DNA of 64,000 bases from Mobula hypostoma (taxonomy: Eukaryota): the NCBI RefSeq assembly GCF_963921235.1, contig NC_086097.1:143966001-144030000 (forward strand), in the 5' to 3' direction. Position 1 is the first letter of the stretch, and each line of letters begins with the position of its first letter. Positions 13,881-26,896 of the stretch are shown here, piece by piece. The translations under genes and the position numbers were made by a program. Below the pieces are notes generated by a model. That model had not been told where the DNA came from. It saw only the letters and a program-made list of their open reading frames with translations, and did not search any database.

Positions 13881-15021
13881 TAGAAGGCTGGCTTTATTTG
13901 TAACATGTACATCAAATTAAATCAAATCAAACCAAATTAAGTTTAATTATCATTCAACCATACATAGAATGAGACAGTGTTCCTCTACGGCCAAGGTGCA
14001 AAATATGCACAACAACACACTCTAAGCAACAAGCAAGCATTCAAAATAGTGAGCAACATTTTAAACAGTGAGTAAAGGACCATATTCAGCCAAAAATAAC
14101 ATATAGTCCAAGACCCTCAGTGACATGTCCCACAATTGATGGTAGTTTCCCGGCATTGTGCAGACGTACACAATCCAGCCTTTCATTCCACTACTCGAAC
14201 ATGGGAGGGCAGCACCAATGGGCGAGGCCTGCCCCCCACCCCGAGCCGAGCGCAGACACCACACTGCACCACCTTCAGTGTTTCCTTACTTGGTCCGCAG
14301 CAGCAGGCAAGCCCGAGGCCTGAGGCCTAGTCCTCGCTACAACTGAAGCTGCGCAGCTCCCATGTTGTCTGTCCCTCCACCAGACAAGGGTAACAGGCCC
14401 GCAGCAACTTACATTATCACTGTCCAACAGAGTCTTGTGATCGCAAGTGAAATGCCCGAGACAACCTCTCACAGTTATGCCGCATGCCGCCTTTTCACAC
14501 CAACTCTGATGCCTACAACTTGCAGGCAACAGCACGGATTGGAGCCACATCAGTTCCTCTGAACCCATACTGGCTCCTCTGGTATCCCAGCCGGCTCCAT
14601 GGCCAATATCCCGGCCGGCCCCTTCAACACCTCCGCCACTGACACCAGTCCAGCTAATCCGATCAATGAACAGCTCGCTGATGGAGGAGCCCTGCAGTAC
14701 CCGAAGTTCTTGTAGAATACTTTCGATTGTAAAACACACACTTTAAAAAGGAAAAAAGAGAGGCCATGGCGATCCAATGCACGGCCATCTTACCAAAACA
14801 TTGAAACACACAGTTGCTTGCATCAAATCAGATCAGTGAGGATTGTGTAGGGGGGTGACCACAAGTGTCACTGAGCTGCCGGTGCCAACATTGCATGCCC
14901 ACAATTCACAAACCCTAACCGTACGTCTTGTTAACGCGGGAGGAAACTGCAGCATCTGGAAGAAACCCACGCAGTCACAGGAGAATGTACAAACTCCTTA
15001 CAGAGAGCGGCGGGAATCAAA

Positions 15022-15145
15022 CCCAGTCCTGATGAAGGGTCTCGGCCCAAAACCTCGACTGTTGATGCTACCTGGCCTGCTGAGCATCTTGTGTGTGTTG
15101 CTTTGGATTTCCTGCATCGGCAGATTTCCTTGTGTTTGTGATAGT
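15022..15145 (+). repeat. Penelope-derived repeat with mutated hammerhead core
   Basis: cagtc-CTGATGA-agggtctcggccc-AAAAC-ctc-gactg (GAAA mutated to AAAA). Confidence 0.7.
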
Positions 15146-17439
15146 CCCGCTCAGTGATCGCTGGTTCTGTGAAGTGTTAGTACAGCGGGAGATGGTGCTG
15201 TAAAGAGAGCCACAGTTGGCTCTATAGAGCACAGCGGTCACTGGCACTGTAAAGCAGCAACTGCTGGGAAGAAAAGGTTACAGGATCAATCACTCTGCGA
15301 ACAGGATCAGTCCATGAGCCAGCATATCCTCAAGGGGCAAAAAATGGCCCCCTTCTATGGAAATATGGTAGTTGAGAGTTGTAAATGGATGAATGGCAAT
15401 AATGCTTGGACCTTAGCTATTTTGTCAAATGTATCAATGGCTTGAGTAAGGGATGGAACGTAATGCACCCAAGTTTGACAGGTAAGTTAGGAGAGGAAAG
15501 TGAACAATGAGAAGAATGCAGGTAAGCTGCAAAGGGATACATGCAGTTTAGGGAACTGAACAAAGAAGAGACAGATGGAGTTCAGTATGAGGAAATGTAA
15601 AATTATCCAGTTTTACAAAAAGACACCCTTGGCACCAGAATGAAACTCGCTAATAAGAGTCAGGTACAGTAGGTGCTGCTTGCATAGTCACCATTGCTGG
15701 AACGGCACAATCTAACCCAGAATTGTATTTTCCATATCTATCCAGAAGAAATAAAAGTATCATTTATGAAATGAACCATTGTAAGATTATTGCAGAAAAG
15801 GATCCTTCATTACACCCTATCATTACCCTTGCACAGAACTGTCTTGCCAGGCTCTGAGCTAACTTGAATCAGGGTTATGGAGTATAAGTCATGGAGGCAG
15901 ACCATTCAGCCCCACTCATCCATGCTATCCAAGGTGCCTTTCTGAACTAGTCCCATTTGCCTGTATTTAATCTGTCTCTCTCTAAACTTTCCTATTTATG
16001 AACCTGTCACTATGTGAATTCGATGCTGTAATTGTATCCATGTCTGCCATTTCTTAGGCAGCTCACCTTATATATTGAAAACCTGCCCCTCAGGTCCCTT
16101 TCACATTTTTCCTTCTCACCCTAAACCTGCGCCCTTTAATTTTAAACTCTCCTTTCCAGGGAAAAAGACTGCGACCATCTACCGTTTCCATGCTCCTCAT
16201 GATTCTATAAAGCTCTGGAAGGTCACCCCTTAGCCTCCTTTCCTGTGGCGAAGACAGATCCAGCGTCCCCCCTCTCTCTTCTTAACTCAATCCCTCAAAT
16301 CCTGGAAGCATCCTTGTGAATATATTCTGCACTCTCTCCAGCTTAATCACTTCCTTCCTATTGGATCTTGACTGGAACGGCACACAATAATCCAAAGGCA
16401 GGAGGAACAGTACAGTAACAGGCCCTTCTGGCCCACTGAGTCCTCACCACTCAAAACACCCACCTGACCAATTAACTTCCTGATCCGAACACCTTTGGAA
16501 CGTGGGAGAACCGTGGAGTCCCCGGAGGAATCCCATGCCTTCACGGGGAGAACGTACGAACTCCTTACAGACAGTTGTGGAAGTGAACGCGGTCGCAGGC
16601 ACTGTAAAGCATTACACTAAATGCTATGCAACGTGCTATTGTGTGTACAAAATTATTTAAACAAAGAATTATTAAATTGTAGCTCATGACCCAAACCACA
16701 TTTTTCATCACTTTCAGCCACAGAGTATGTGGATTTTCATGCCAATACCATTCTGCAGATTAGAACCCCACATCACAGAGACAACCACACAGCACAGGAC
16801 TCTGCATATTGGTTACCTACATTTATGTACCTGTTGAATTTAAAAACATGAAAACAAGCTCCAGGTATGCTTGTTCAGTCTCTGCACATGGAGGGCAGAA
16901 AATCTGACTACTGATAATGGGAGTAGAAAAATTCTTTGGACCATGATAGGCTGTTGTCCAGTTCCACAAATCTGACATATCTTATACATCTGTACTTCCT
17001 ATGTCTGAACAGTTAGTAATCACAGGCCTGCATCTGGCATTCAACAGAAATCTCAAACATGGAAAACGTAAAATTGTGAAATCTATTTTGCCTCCACCTC
17101 TCAATACCTATCCTGATCATATTTCAGTTCTAAATATTGATAGTATTAGGCATGAATTAAGGATCATGAGAAGGACGATATCAATTGCAACATTTAAAAA
17201 TTTGCACAAATGCTTTCATAAAGCACCTTAAACACAGCACGGAAAATTTCCAAAAGGGGCTTTGTCAAAGTTCTAATCTAACGGAGTGGATGTGGAACAA
17301 AGAATCACGTATTGGGCAAGATTAAGATCAGGGTTAGACAAAGCTTTCAATAAGGTCGAAGTGAAAGAAAGGGATGTGGTGAAGCAGGCAGGTTTAGGGA
17401 AATTGAGAATCAGACCAAGAAGGATGTTTTAGTGTCATT

Positions 17440-18563
17440 CTTACATTACCGCTCGAGGGTTGGTCATGACTTCAACCTTTGGAAGGGTATCATAGGAAAG
17501 GGGCTTTGGCAACATCAACTCAAATGAAATACTACTTCTCACCGTATGTGCTGAGCACAATCCTATCATCACAAACACTATCCACCAGCAAAATACACTT
17601 ATGGCATCTTGGTGGCATGCCCAAATAACCAGGGGCATCTCAATGACCAAGCCAGGGTCTGCCGTGATATGAACATCACAAGGGCCGAAATTGGAACAGT
17701 TGACAGGTGGGCAGATCATCACCATGCCCATTAGACTCATGAAAAAGAGGAGGGTTTATAAGACACAGACCAGGCCAAGACTAAAACTTGACACTGCTTG
17801 ACACTGTCACCCAACAGGACCTTCAGGCCTTGTGTACATAAAACCTCTAATAGGAATATCCAGAGGATACTGAAGAGCACTGGGGTCTGCTTAAATTCAT
17901 CATCCTCGATACCCGCAAAAACAACTTACCTCCAAGAAACAGAAAGTCTTTTGTGCCTGGCAGAATGACATCAGCAGCACTGTCAAAAGAGAAGTTTCTC
18001 CATTGTCAAGGCAAATGTCCAGTGAGAGAGAGCTAAAACAAACTCTTGGGGTACTGAGAAAGCCCTGGAAATCCAGAGACAAGCAGACTCTGGAGACATG
18101 ACAGGCTTCTTCAGCGCAACCAAAGCAATCTATATTCCAAGTTACTGCAGATTTGATCCCCTGCACTCAAAGAACAAGATGAACTTGCCAAAGGAACAGA
18201 AGGATGTCAACAATCAATTGAGAAAGCACTTTCAGGAACTTCTTAACTGTGAAAGCGCAGCTTAACCAGACATTACTAACTAAATCCTCCAGAAACCGGT
18301 GAGAGAAGACATGGGAGAACCTCCCAAAATGAAAGAGATCCATGATACCATTAGGAGCCTGCAAAGCAACAAAGCCACTGGTCCTGACAGGGTCAAAGCA
18401 GAGATCACCAAGGAAGGTGGGTTTGCAATCCAACACCACATACATGCCCTACTCCTGAAAAGGAACAACTGCCATCAGAGCTCAGGGATGCTCGAATAGT
18501 GACCATATTCAAGAAGAGAGACAAAGCCAGTTACAGAGGCATCTCCCTCCTGTCAACAACAGG
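17440..18563 (+). mobile_element. RTE-clade LINE fragment
   Basis: NSNEILLLTVCAEH..ITNT; KATGPD..AEITKEGG; IVTIFKK..YRGISLLSTTG. Confidence 0.7.
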
Positions 18564-19068
18564 CACTTGGGTGATTTCACACATATATGATATTTCCTCA
18601 GATCCCCTTCTTACACAATAGGTCCAAAAGTTATTTTGGACACTCAGTTCCCAGCTACCCATGATTAATAGATCGGTTACTGATGTAGTAAGTGACTTGT
18701 CTCTATCCAGTCTGCAAGCTTCTTGAATTAAGCAATTTAGCAAGCATTGTCTGTTTTGAAACAAGCCAAATTAAATAACCCATTGTCCTACACTGCACCT
18801 TTTGAGCAGCAGTAAACCAGATGCAGTGACCAACAAGCTTCTTTCTACAGGCAATGCAACTGCTCCGTTTGAGAACTCAATTACAAATCTGCTCCATAAA
18901 CAGTGTTTTGTTTTATCGTTGAACTGATTACTGCTAGCCATTTACCTTTTAAAAAGCAAAGACAGGCTCCCATTTATGACCAGAAGCTAAACAAAGCATA
19001 TAGTTGGAAGTTTAACTTACACTGTTTGATCTTGACAAATGGCAGCTGCTGTGTTAGTGAGTCGAGCT
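18564..19068 (-). repeat. 3' LTR remnant (U3 part) of the foamy-like provirus
   Basis: Direct repeat of 27646-28479 (excluding the 27821-28132 insert), roughly 80% identical by eye; R/U5 lost where the RTE fragment abuts. Confidence 0.8.
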
Positions 19069-19929
19069 TGGCAAAAATATGGGGCCTCCAACACATCCTT
19101 CTTGCTAAGCAAAGATTTCTAACCCAGCTTCTTTCTACAACTATCAGCTTTGAGGTCAAGACTCCTCTTGGGACAGACTGTCACTCCTCGTACCGTTCCA
19201 GTAGGTTAGCAGTTTTAGTGAAGCTCTCTTTGATATGATGCTCAAAGAACTCATTAAGTCCTTTCCAACGTATGGGTATCTGTCTGATGTTCTCATTAGA
19301 GTGCTCCTCAATCTCAGATGCACACATTTCCTAAATCTCAAGAAAATGTTACCATTATAATATTCCATAAACACACGACAAGAATGCATCATACTGGGCC
19401 ATATTTAAGATCTTCTTCCACACAAACAGTTCTTGTAATTTCCTTGATGCAAAGCAGTCGTATGAGAGATGACCCATGATAAGTAAGGGAGTTAAAGGAG
19501 TCTTAGGAGTGGAGCCATTATACAAAAATCAAAAGCCAACTTCCATCTTTGCAGGCTTCAACAGTTCAACACAAGGAGCATTATAAAAACAATAATTACA
19601 ACGCTAGGAGAACTTTCCATCAGAAAACTTCAAAAAAAAATCTGTAATCCAATGTAAAGTTGTGTCAATCCACCCAGAAACTGAAATCACTGCTGCAGAA
19701 GGTAAATTTACAAGCCATTGTTTCAATTAGAGTATTCAGTCAGCCAGAAGCTTAGAATGAGTCTGCAAAAGAAACCAGTGAAAGAAGCTGCCTCATTCAT
19801 CTGATTGTGTCAGTTCTATTACTCTTATAATATAGAGAGAAATATTCTTTTAATTTTACTGTGTTTCTTCAAGTCATTGTAGACAAGTATCAAGTCCTTC
19901 TAGAATATTCTTTGTTGCATCCATCATAA

Positions 19930-20285
19930 GTTGAATTGAATTGAATTGAATCAACTTTATTACTTACATCCTTCATATACACGAGGAGTAAAAATCTCTA
20001 CATTACGTCTCCATCTAAATGTGCAATATGAAATTACGGTAATTTATAATAAATATTATGTACAACAGGTTAGTCAATATAACAGTTGTGTCAGCATGAA
20101 TCAAGTAGTCTGATGGCCTGGTGGAAGAAGCTGTCCCGGAGCCTGTTGGTCCTGGCTTTTATGCTGTGGTACCATTTCCCAGATGGTAGCAGCTGGAATA
20201 GATTGTGGTTGGGGTGACTCGGGTCCCCAATGATCTTTCAAGCGCTTTTTACACACCCTGTCTTTGTAAATGTTCTGAATAGTGG
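19930..20285 (-). mobile_element. Rex1/Babar-like LINE 3' end inserted in the provirus
   Basis: (ttgaa)n at 19931-19950 followed by gaagaagctgtcccggagcctgttggtcc-type 3' sequence. Confidence 0.7.
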
Positions 20286-20759
20286 GACATTCCTTAAAAC
20301 TGGACTTGCATTTCTGTCTTGAAGATACTCAACATCAAGTTACTCCAAGACTCATTTCTTCTATAAACCTTAAAAAAGGGTGATCTCTGATAGCAGTATG
20401 TCTGCATAACTTTAGTTATGAGAAATATCTGCATTTCTAGTGAACTTAGGTGCCATTACAAGAGTGAGCACTGCCAAGAGTTGGCTGTACAGGCACTTTT
20501 CCTCTAATATGTTTCAAAAATATCATGGAACTGTATTAGGGCAGAATCGTTCTTTTCTGCCTGTTGATAATATAATCATGCAATTGAATACACGGCACTA
20601 ACTAAATGCTTGCCTGTGTATTTAACATTGTTGATTTGGGAAGTAATGTTATCTGTGTAATCCAGAAACTTAGCGTTACCAGTTTGTCTCCAACAATAAA
20701 ATTTGTAATGGCTTGTTTCTCCATTTCCAACTTGTTGTTGAAGTCTCTGTGAGATGTAC

Positions 20760-21270
20760 AGTGGATTCTGGTTGACTGGTCCATCTGTTAATCAGCGTAT
20801 TGGCTATTTGCAGCAACTCTAAAAGAACAAAAACTAATTGATAAAATAGTTGGGATTCCCTTCATTTATTTTGGGACATTATGCTGCTTAATTGGGACGG
20901 GAGACCATTTCCAAACAGTTTCTGACTAACATCAGTTGCGTGTGTTTGTGTTCAAAAAGCAGTGATTTTTGTCACTGATAGTTGGCGAGAAATAAGCAGT
21001 AAGACAATTTAGAATTGTTTTGCTCACTGCAGTTTCAACTATTCAGGCTTGGAAATGCCAGAAATGATTTCACTACCTCAGCAGGTTAGGAACAATGAAG
21101 AACTTGAAAGTATCGACAATCATCTTGATTGCCACAATGAAAATGAAGATTTGGAGAATGTAATTGTCAAAAACATTGTATAAAGGTAATCCATTATCTG
21201 CACTGAGTGTCTGCACTAATTTTGTTCATTTACAGTCAAACAAAAGAACATCATAATGTGTTGGTTATCT
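20760..21270 (+). mobile_element. Tigger/pogo-like DNA transposon fragment
   Basis: TA + CAGTGGATTC terminus; acidic transposase C-terminal remnant EELESIDNHLDCHNENEDLE. Confidence 0.55.
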
Positions 21271-21464
21271 GTATATCCAACAATTTTAGTGAAACTTGTG
21301 CTGGAGATTTCTTAAAGTGTAAAGGGTGTTGCATTGAGACAGTTCAACTCTCACTCTTTTCAGATCTAAACATGTATTTTATTGTTTCAATACATCTTAC
21401 TCTCGCCCCGTTCCTGTCAGGGTTCCATGGTGGACCCAGGTACTGGTCTACATAAGGCTTCCAC

Positions 21465-23894
21465 TCATTCTAGGGGGATGAATTCTGCTAGGGCAGGTTT
21501 GATGTTATCTATGGAGAGAGTTTTACTTAGTCTTGTTTCCTCTTCTGATCTTGATTACGACAGTGAAAAGTATTGATAATCTAGGCAATGAGACAAGGAG
21601 GTTTTCAGGATGGAAACCAGGGTTGGAATTATTTTTATGGAAGTTCTTTCTTTGGACCAGTCCCCTTTTTGTGTTTTCCAAACTGTCTTGTTAGGTTCCT
21701 TCTTAAGTTTCTCTTAAATTCCCATAAACCCACTCAATTCCTTGAGAAGAGGGGTATAAGGTATAGGTGATGATTGGCCTGAGTTGGTCATCAGAGGTGC
21801 ATTCTTGTGTACTCCTATTTTTGCAATTGGCACTTTGTTTATGGACAGTTGCACTTCAGTGACACTAGTAGTCTACTTTGCCTCTGGAGTAGACCAATCC
21901 TTCCAGGCCTCCTTAATCACCTGATTCCTTCGCTCCACTCTGCCACTTGATTGTGGGTGGAATGGAGTGCTGTACTCCACTTGTCTGCCTGTCTTTCCAC
22001 ACATGGCTTGACAGACTTTACCACTGAAGGAAGACACTCTGAATGCATGTACGCAGGCAGGGGCGCCAGGAGTTTTGGAGTGCTGGAGTGCTGTGACAGT
22101 TGTGGTCTCACTACAAGAAATCATGGAAACTAACCATGTATATCCCGTGCAAAGATTAATTATCAAAAAATATACCTATTAGGTTTCCCATAAAGTGGGT
22201 GCCAGAAATGGGCCCATAATCATTTTGGCACGGCTGCATTGGTGCAGTTGGTATTGTTTCTTATAGCAGGTGGCCTTGTGACTGCTCCTATCACTCAACA
22301 TGTAAGGCCACCAGTATAATGTAGTTAATTTTGCATGAGTGGCTTCTCCGCCACCACGATTGTGTTTGAATCCTCGGTGGCCTTCTTGAACTGGTGCTTC
22401 CTGCTTGTGGGCAGGATGTATTTGCTTCTTTTTTTTATCTAGGCCAACATACCCAAATGTTGCCCTCACCTTCAGCTTCATATTTGTACCATGTTGGAAA
22501 TCCTTTTGCATTGAGTGCAGTAGTATTGAGAAGAATTCTTAAAACATCATCCAGGTTATTTTTTATTTGTTGCTTAGTTACCACCAAAACCCTGCCTCCC
22601 TTACCATAGTAAGATCCATCCCAACAGAGGCCTACAGTATGTCCCAGGAAGTGTAACACCTGCACTAATGGTTTAGTCAATAATTCATAAGCATTCTTCC
22701 ACGTCAACAAATGTGGAAGTACCTTACCTCTCTGTCTTCTCCATCTAGTAATTCATCAGACAGAAATATCTCTTTCTACTGCACTCCTAACAGAATAAGA
22801 ATCAGTACATAAAACCATAAGATATAGGAGGAAATTAGGCCATTCGGTCCATCGAGTCTGCTCTGCCATTTCATCATGGCTAATCAATTTTTCCTCTCAG
22901 CCCCAATCACCTGCCTTCCTCCAGTATCCCTTCGTGTCCTGACATATCAAGACCGGTTCTGTTGCATGTCCTTGTTTTGGGCTTTAACCTCTGAAAAATG
23001 AGCTGTATGATTCCCTAAAGGATGCTCTTGCACTCCTGTGGTTCAAATTCAGTTTCCGATAAAAGTTTTCCTTTTATAATCGGGAGCAGAGATTATAATT
23101 GAGTGGGTCCATCTTTCTGGATTTTCGTTACTGATCCATCACGGTAATATATCTGAGAATATTGCTCTAAAGGATGTCGTGCTATATTAGGTCATAGAGA
23201 AGATGGTTCTGCACCTTCCATAATGATTGTAAGTCATAGCTCTCAGGAATGCATTCCCACTTTATAGCGTCATCTTGTAAATTTATTTGCTTTTCCTCTA
23301 TTTAGATATGGTAACTCCCTGGTTATTTGTTTATAATTTGCTATCATTTTTCAAAGATGCAAACTCTATTTGTATAATAATTGGTTTATCCCTTCGCAGT
23401 GTCTTACTGTAATATGTGTATAGGTAGACACTATTCTAAGGCAGTGAATTTCTGTTCTGTCAGGGTGAAATCATGTGAGACATAGTGCATGGGGTTTGTG
23501 TTTCTTCTCCCTCATTATGGCAGTTCGCTACAGAGGTTTTTGAAGAACCAGAAATTTGCAGAACAGGAAATTTTATTGGGTCTCTTGTTTGGAGGTCTAT
23601 TGCTAGATGAACTGCATTCAGCAATTCCTCTAATGCCTCATACAGTAATTTTCTGTGGGAAAAACAAAAGGCTTTCTAGATACCTTTGTTTGTTTGTTTA
23701 ATCCCATATATCTGTATGGGAACATCATAAATCAGGCATTCTACCTCGTTTCCATGTATGCCTACAATATGAATTTTCACTGTCGGCTCCTTTAGATTAT
23801 CACCTTGACTAATATCGGAAATTAGCATTGTAACATCTGCACCTGTATCAAAATGGTAGGGTCAAATTTTGCCCAAAATATAAGCTTTTGGCAT
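21465..23894 (-). pseudogene. pol: Foamy-like pol (PR - RT connection - RNase H - IN); RT palm deleted
   Basis: PR YHFDTGADVT (DTGA 23838-23849); connection PMHYVSHDFTLTEQKFTALE; RNase H HPLEQYSQIYYRDGS and PLGNHTA (23001-23021); IN NLDDVL..KGFPTWYKY, EATHAKLTTLYWWPYM, TGYTWL, YSTPFHPQSSGRVERRN, SIDNIKP (21495-21515). Confidence 0.9.
22811..22952 (-). repeat. CR1 3'-tail fragment inserted in the RNase H region
   Basis: aaccataagatatagg..ggccattcgg tail, same family as 3235-3380. Confidence 0.75.
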
Positions 23895-24779
23895 ACGGAA
23901 AGGCGAGACTAGATGTGTCTATGTCCTATTTGTCAGATGGAGCATTTTGAGTAGAGTTGTTGTTGAAATTCTCCTCTGCCATTTTTATTACATTAATGTT
24001 GGCCTTCCCCTGCTTTACATTTTGATTTCTCTGAGCTGCAGGGGAGGGAGTGGACATTTAGGATGGGCCCTGTCCCCTTGTACGGTATATTAGAGGGTGA
24101 AGGATAAGACGGGCCATGATGTGTCTATCAGGAGTGTTTCTACTCTTCTCCATAATATCAGTGGGGCCTCAGAACGTTCCCTCTGTCCTGGAAGGAGTAT
24201 CTCATTCTAAAACTTCCTTCCGCAAAGAGAGGGGGATGGATCTATAGGTTGTGGCCTATACCTTGCGACTACCCATCCAGTTTATGGGGGAATATCTCTT
24301 CCGAAGGCAGGCGATCTTCAGGGAACTTGTTTGGTTTGTTGATTACATCTTCTCTGCTTAAGGTCTAATGTAGGAGGATGCTGTGAATGTGATCGACCCA
24401 AGGAATGAGGATGTTGTGATGACTTTGCTACTGTCCCTACTTCCCTGTATGGAAAAGATGAGAACCCTGTGCCAGCACCTCATTGCCCTTGTGTGGGAAC
24501 AAGTGGTAATCCTACTACCACCGAGTGGGATCACAAGATCACTTCAACAACCTGAAATCATTCATGTGTTGGGTGTTGATTAAGTGCTGTTCCACACATT
24601 GTGCAGACATTTTCACAAGGATAATGATGGAAGAAGACTGCATCAGTGAACAATGCTATCAAAGGCAACGTCCTCAAAGATGGGTTATGCAGCAACTCTT
24701 TGCACTCCTTTTATGTCTTCTTCTTATTTCCGATGTGGTTCTGCTACTTTTAGAGCTTGTCCTCTACACTCTAGCAGTG

Positions 24780-25522
24780 TGATTTCAGGCCGATCAGGTG
24801 ATCTTGTGCTTTGCTGTCCCGAGAGTGTTCCACGAGGCTGCAACCAAGAGTGCAGCATAGAGGCCAGGGAGTTAGGAGACAGGGCACAGGCCATGAACGA
24901 CTCCATCCCTCGCCGATCTTACTGATTAAAGTGCCGAGGAAGATTGAAATCCTCGAGGTGATGTGGATGGCGAGTGAGTGTTCAGCGCCATCTACCAGCT
25001 TCTGGCTTGCTGCTGCCAGAGAAGATGTCTGTCAGTGGGCGGTCTCTCACTCTTTCTCGCTTACTGCTCCTGAGGGAAAGTCCTTGCATTCGAGTGATCT
25101 CTCCCTCATTCGATGCTGTCGACGGAAAGTGCCTGAGCAAGGTTTAATCGACGTGGACTGTAGATTTGGACTCAAATTCAGGTTTATGATGTGTTCTAGT
25201 TTCTAGTTCTAGCTTTGGTCACTCTTTGTTTCTACTTTTGGGCAAATTTTGAATCAGGGCAGCCTGCAGATGATGATCACTGAGCTGAACTGTACTGAAA
25301 TATGCCTTGTGATTTTGTGTTTTATATTCTGTAGTTTTCACCATCTTTGTTACTATTTGCACAATTTGTTTTGCACGGTGGACAGGGAGATGGGTTTATT
25401 ATTCAATATTTTTTGAACAGTTGTTTCCATGGTTCTTCTTTGTTTTGTGACTGTCCATGGGGAAGACAAATTTCAGGGCTGTATACTGCATGCATACTTT
25501 GATAATAAATGTACTTTGAACA
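24780..25522 (+). mobile_element. Non-autonomous element with Rex-type 3' tail inserted in gag
   Basis: Ends aataaatgtactttgaa; splits the Gag CA-like reading. Confidence 0.55.
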
Positions 25523-25797
25523 TTATAGAATGAACTACAGTAGGTCCCAGTCTGTTCTTGCTAGTTGTTCTCTGATCTTATAAACTGCTATTAAGCCCTG
25601 GCTTTCAATTATTTTACTCAGTACAATATTAACTCCTCTACATACATCTCCACCGTTAATTTGTTTATAAATGCACACATCTATCTGATGTGGATTTTCA
25701 CACTCGTGTGGAGGTGGTGCCAAGGCTATGGGAAATAACCTGAATATGAAGAAGGAGAAAGCCCTTAACTCCAAGTAGAGTCATCGGGATGCTGTCA

Positions 25798-25962
25798 CGA
25801 TGGCATTTTTTTTTTAGCAGGCTTTCTTATTTTTACGAGGCCAAGTTGCTAGCACGAGGCTCGACCCAGCACGGATGGAAAGCGTGCAAGGGAGCCGGCT
25901 GGATTCGAACTCGGGAGCCTTCGCTCCGAAGTCAGGCGCTGATGCCACTACGCCACGACGCT
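25798..25962 (-). repeat. tRNA-derived SINE (second copy at ~57198-57400, +)
   Basis: Box A TGGCGTAGTGG and box B GAGTTCGAATCC on the minus strand; CpGs retained. Confidence 0.8.
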
Positions 25963-26879
25963 TAATATGAACTGCTGAATATGTTGGGGAGTACAACTGG
26001 CCTGAAAGCCTGCAACCCCCCCAGCTTTCTTAAGTAGCCAGTTCAGAATTTGTTCAGCTTCAGCTGGTGGTGTGGTACATACTGCCTGCAAGCTCTCAAT
26101 AGTCAAAGGTCTGAAACTTGATGGGAAGCTTGTACCAGGAAGCTACAGTGGTTCCTTGTACAGAAACTTGTCTCGGTATTCTTCTTTCACTGGCTATAGT
26201 TAATCTTTTAGTAATTCCAGTGCATGTTCCCAAACATCTGTTCTCCAGGCCTCATTAGTACCTCTAGGGCAGAGGACCCTAACTTGGGTTCCTCAGACCC
26301 CTTGCTTAATGCTATTGGTTATGGCATCAAAAAGGCCGAGAACCCCTGCTCCAGGGTTTACTGATGTGGCTGTTACCTCATATATGCCTGGAAGGAGTAC
26401 ATGATATCCCCGTGCATTGGGATTAAGATATGAGTCACCAGGTTCTATCACATAAGCATGTGGCCCCCATTTGGGTGCTTGGTTTCTATCCAAAAAAGGG
26501 CCAATTTATTATCTCCAGGCATGAATCATTGCCACATTGTTGGGATATGTTACAAATTGTGATGGTCTGAGTCTATCAGGTCATACAGCAGGGGTTGGTC
26601 TGTCTAATCTGCATCCTAATCTATGCTCTATCCCTTCATCATTCCAGTCTCTGACTTGAAGAATTTAAGGAGCAGTCAGGACATTATCCCATATTTCTGC
26701 TATATTATTAATACACTCATAATATTAACCAGCATTTGCCTGTGCAACTACTGGAAACCAGGAAGGCTACCATGTTGTAATACTATGTGGGGTGTCACAG
26801 CACTTGCTGAGCATGCTCAGAGTTTTACTTCTGCTAAATAATAATTCTTTCTAAAAATAATACTTGTGGTATAATGTGA

Positions 26880-26894
26880 CCACATTGGGCACCA
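26880..26894 (-). promoter_or_regulatory. Primer-binding site, tRNA-Lys1,2 type
   Basis: Minus strand TGGTGCCCAATGTGG equals TGGCGCCCAACGTGG with two CpG-type transitions; this is the foamy-virus primer. Confidence 0.85.
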
Positions 26895-26896
26895 AC

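Larger units (their letters stand above)
23926..26750 (-). pseudogene. gag: Foamy-like gag, degraded and interrupted
   Basis: WGPHAYVIEPGDSY (N-terminal GP..PGD.Y motif); TPPAEAEQILNWLLKKA; IYKQING..VLSKIIESQGLIAVYKI..DWDLL; RGQALKVA; R/P/Q-rich C-terminus with no CCHC knuckle seen; stop at 23926-23928; start uncertain. Confidence 0.75.

Noticed and set aside
25880..25962. tRNA gene
   Set aside because: A/B boxes are present, but it continues into a SINE body shared with 57198-57400 and no full cloverleaf is evident.
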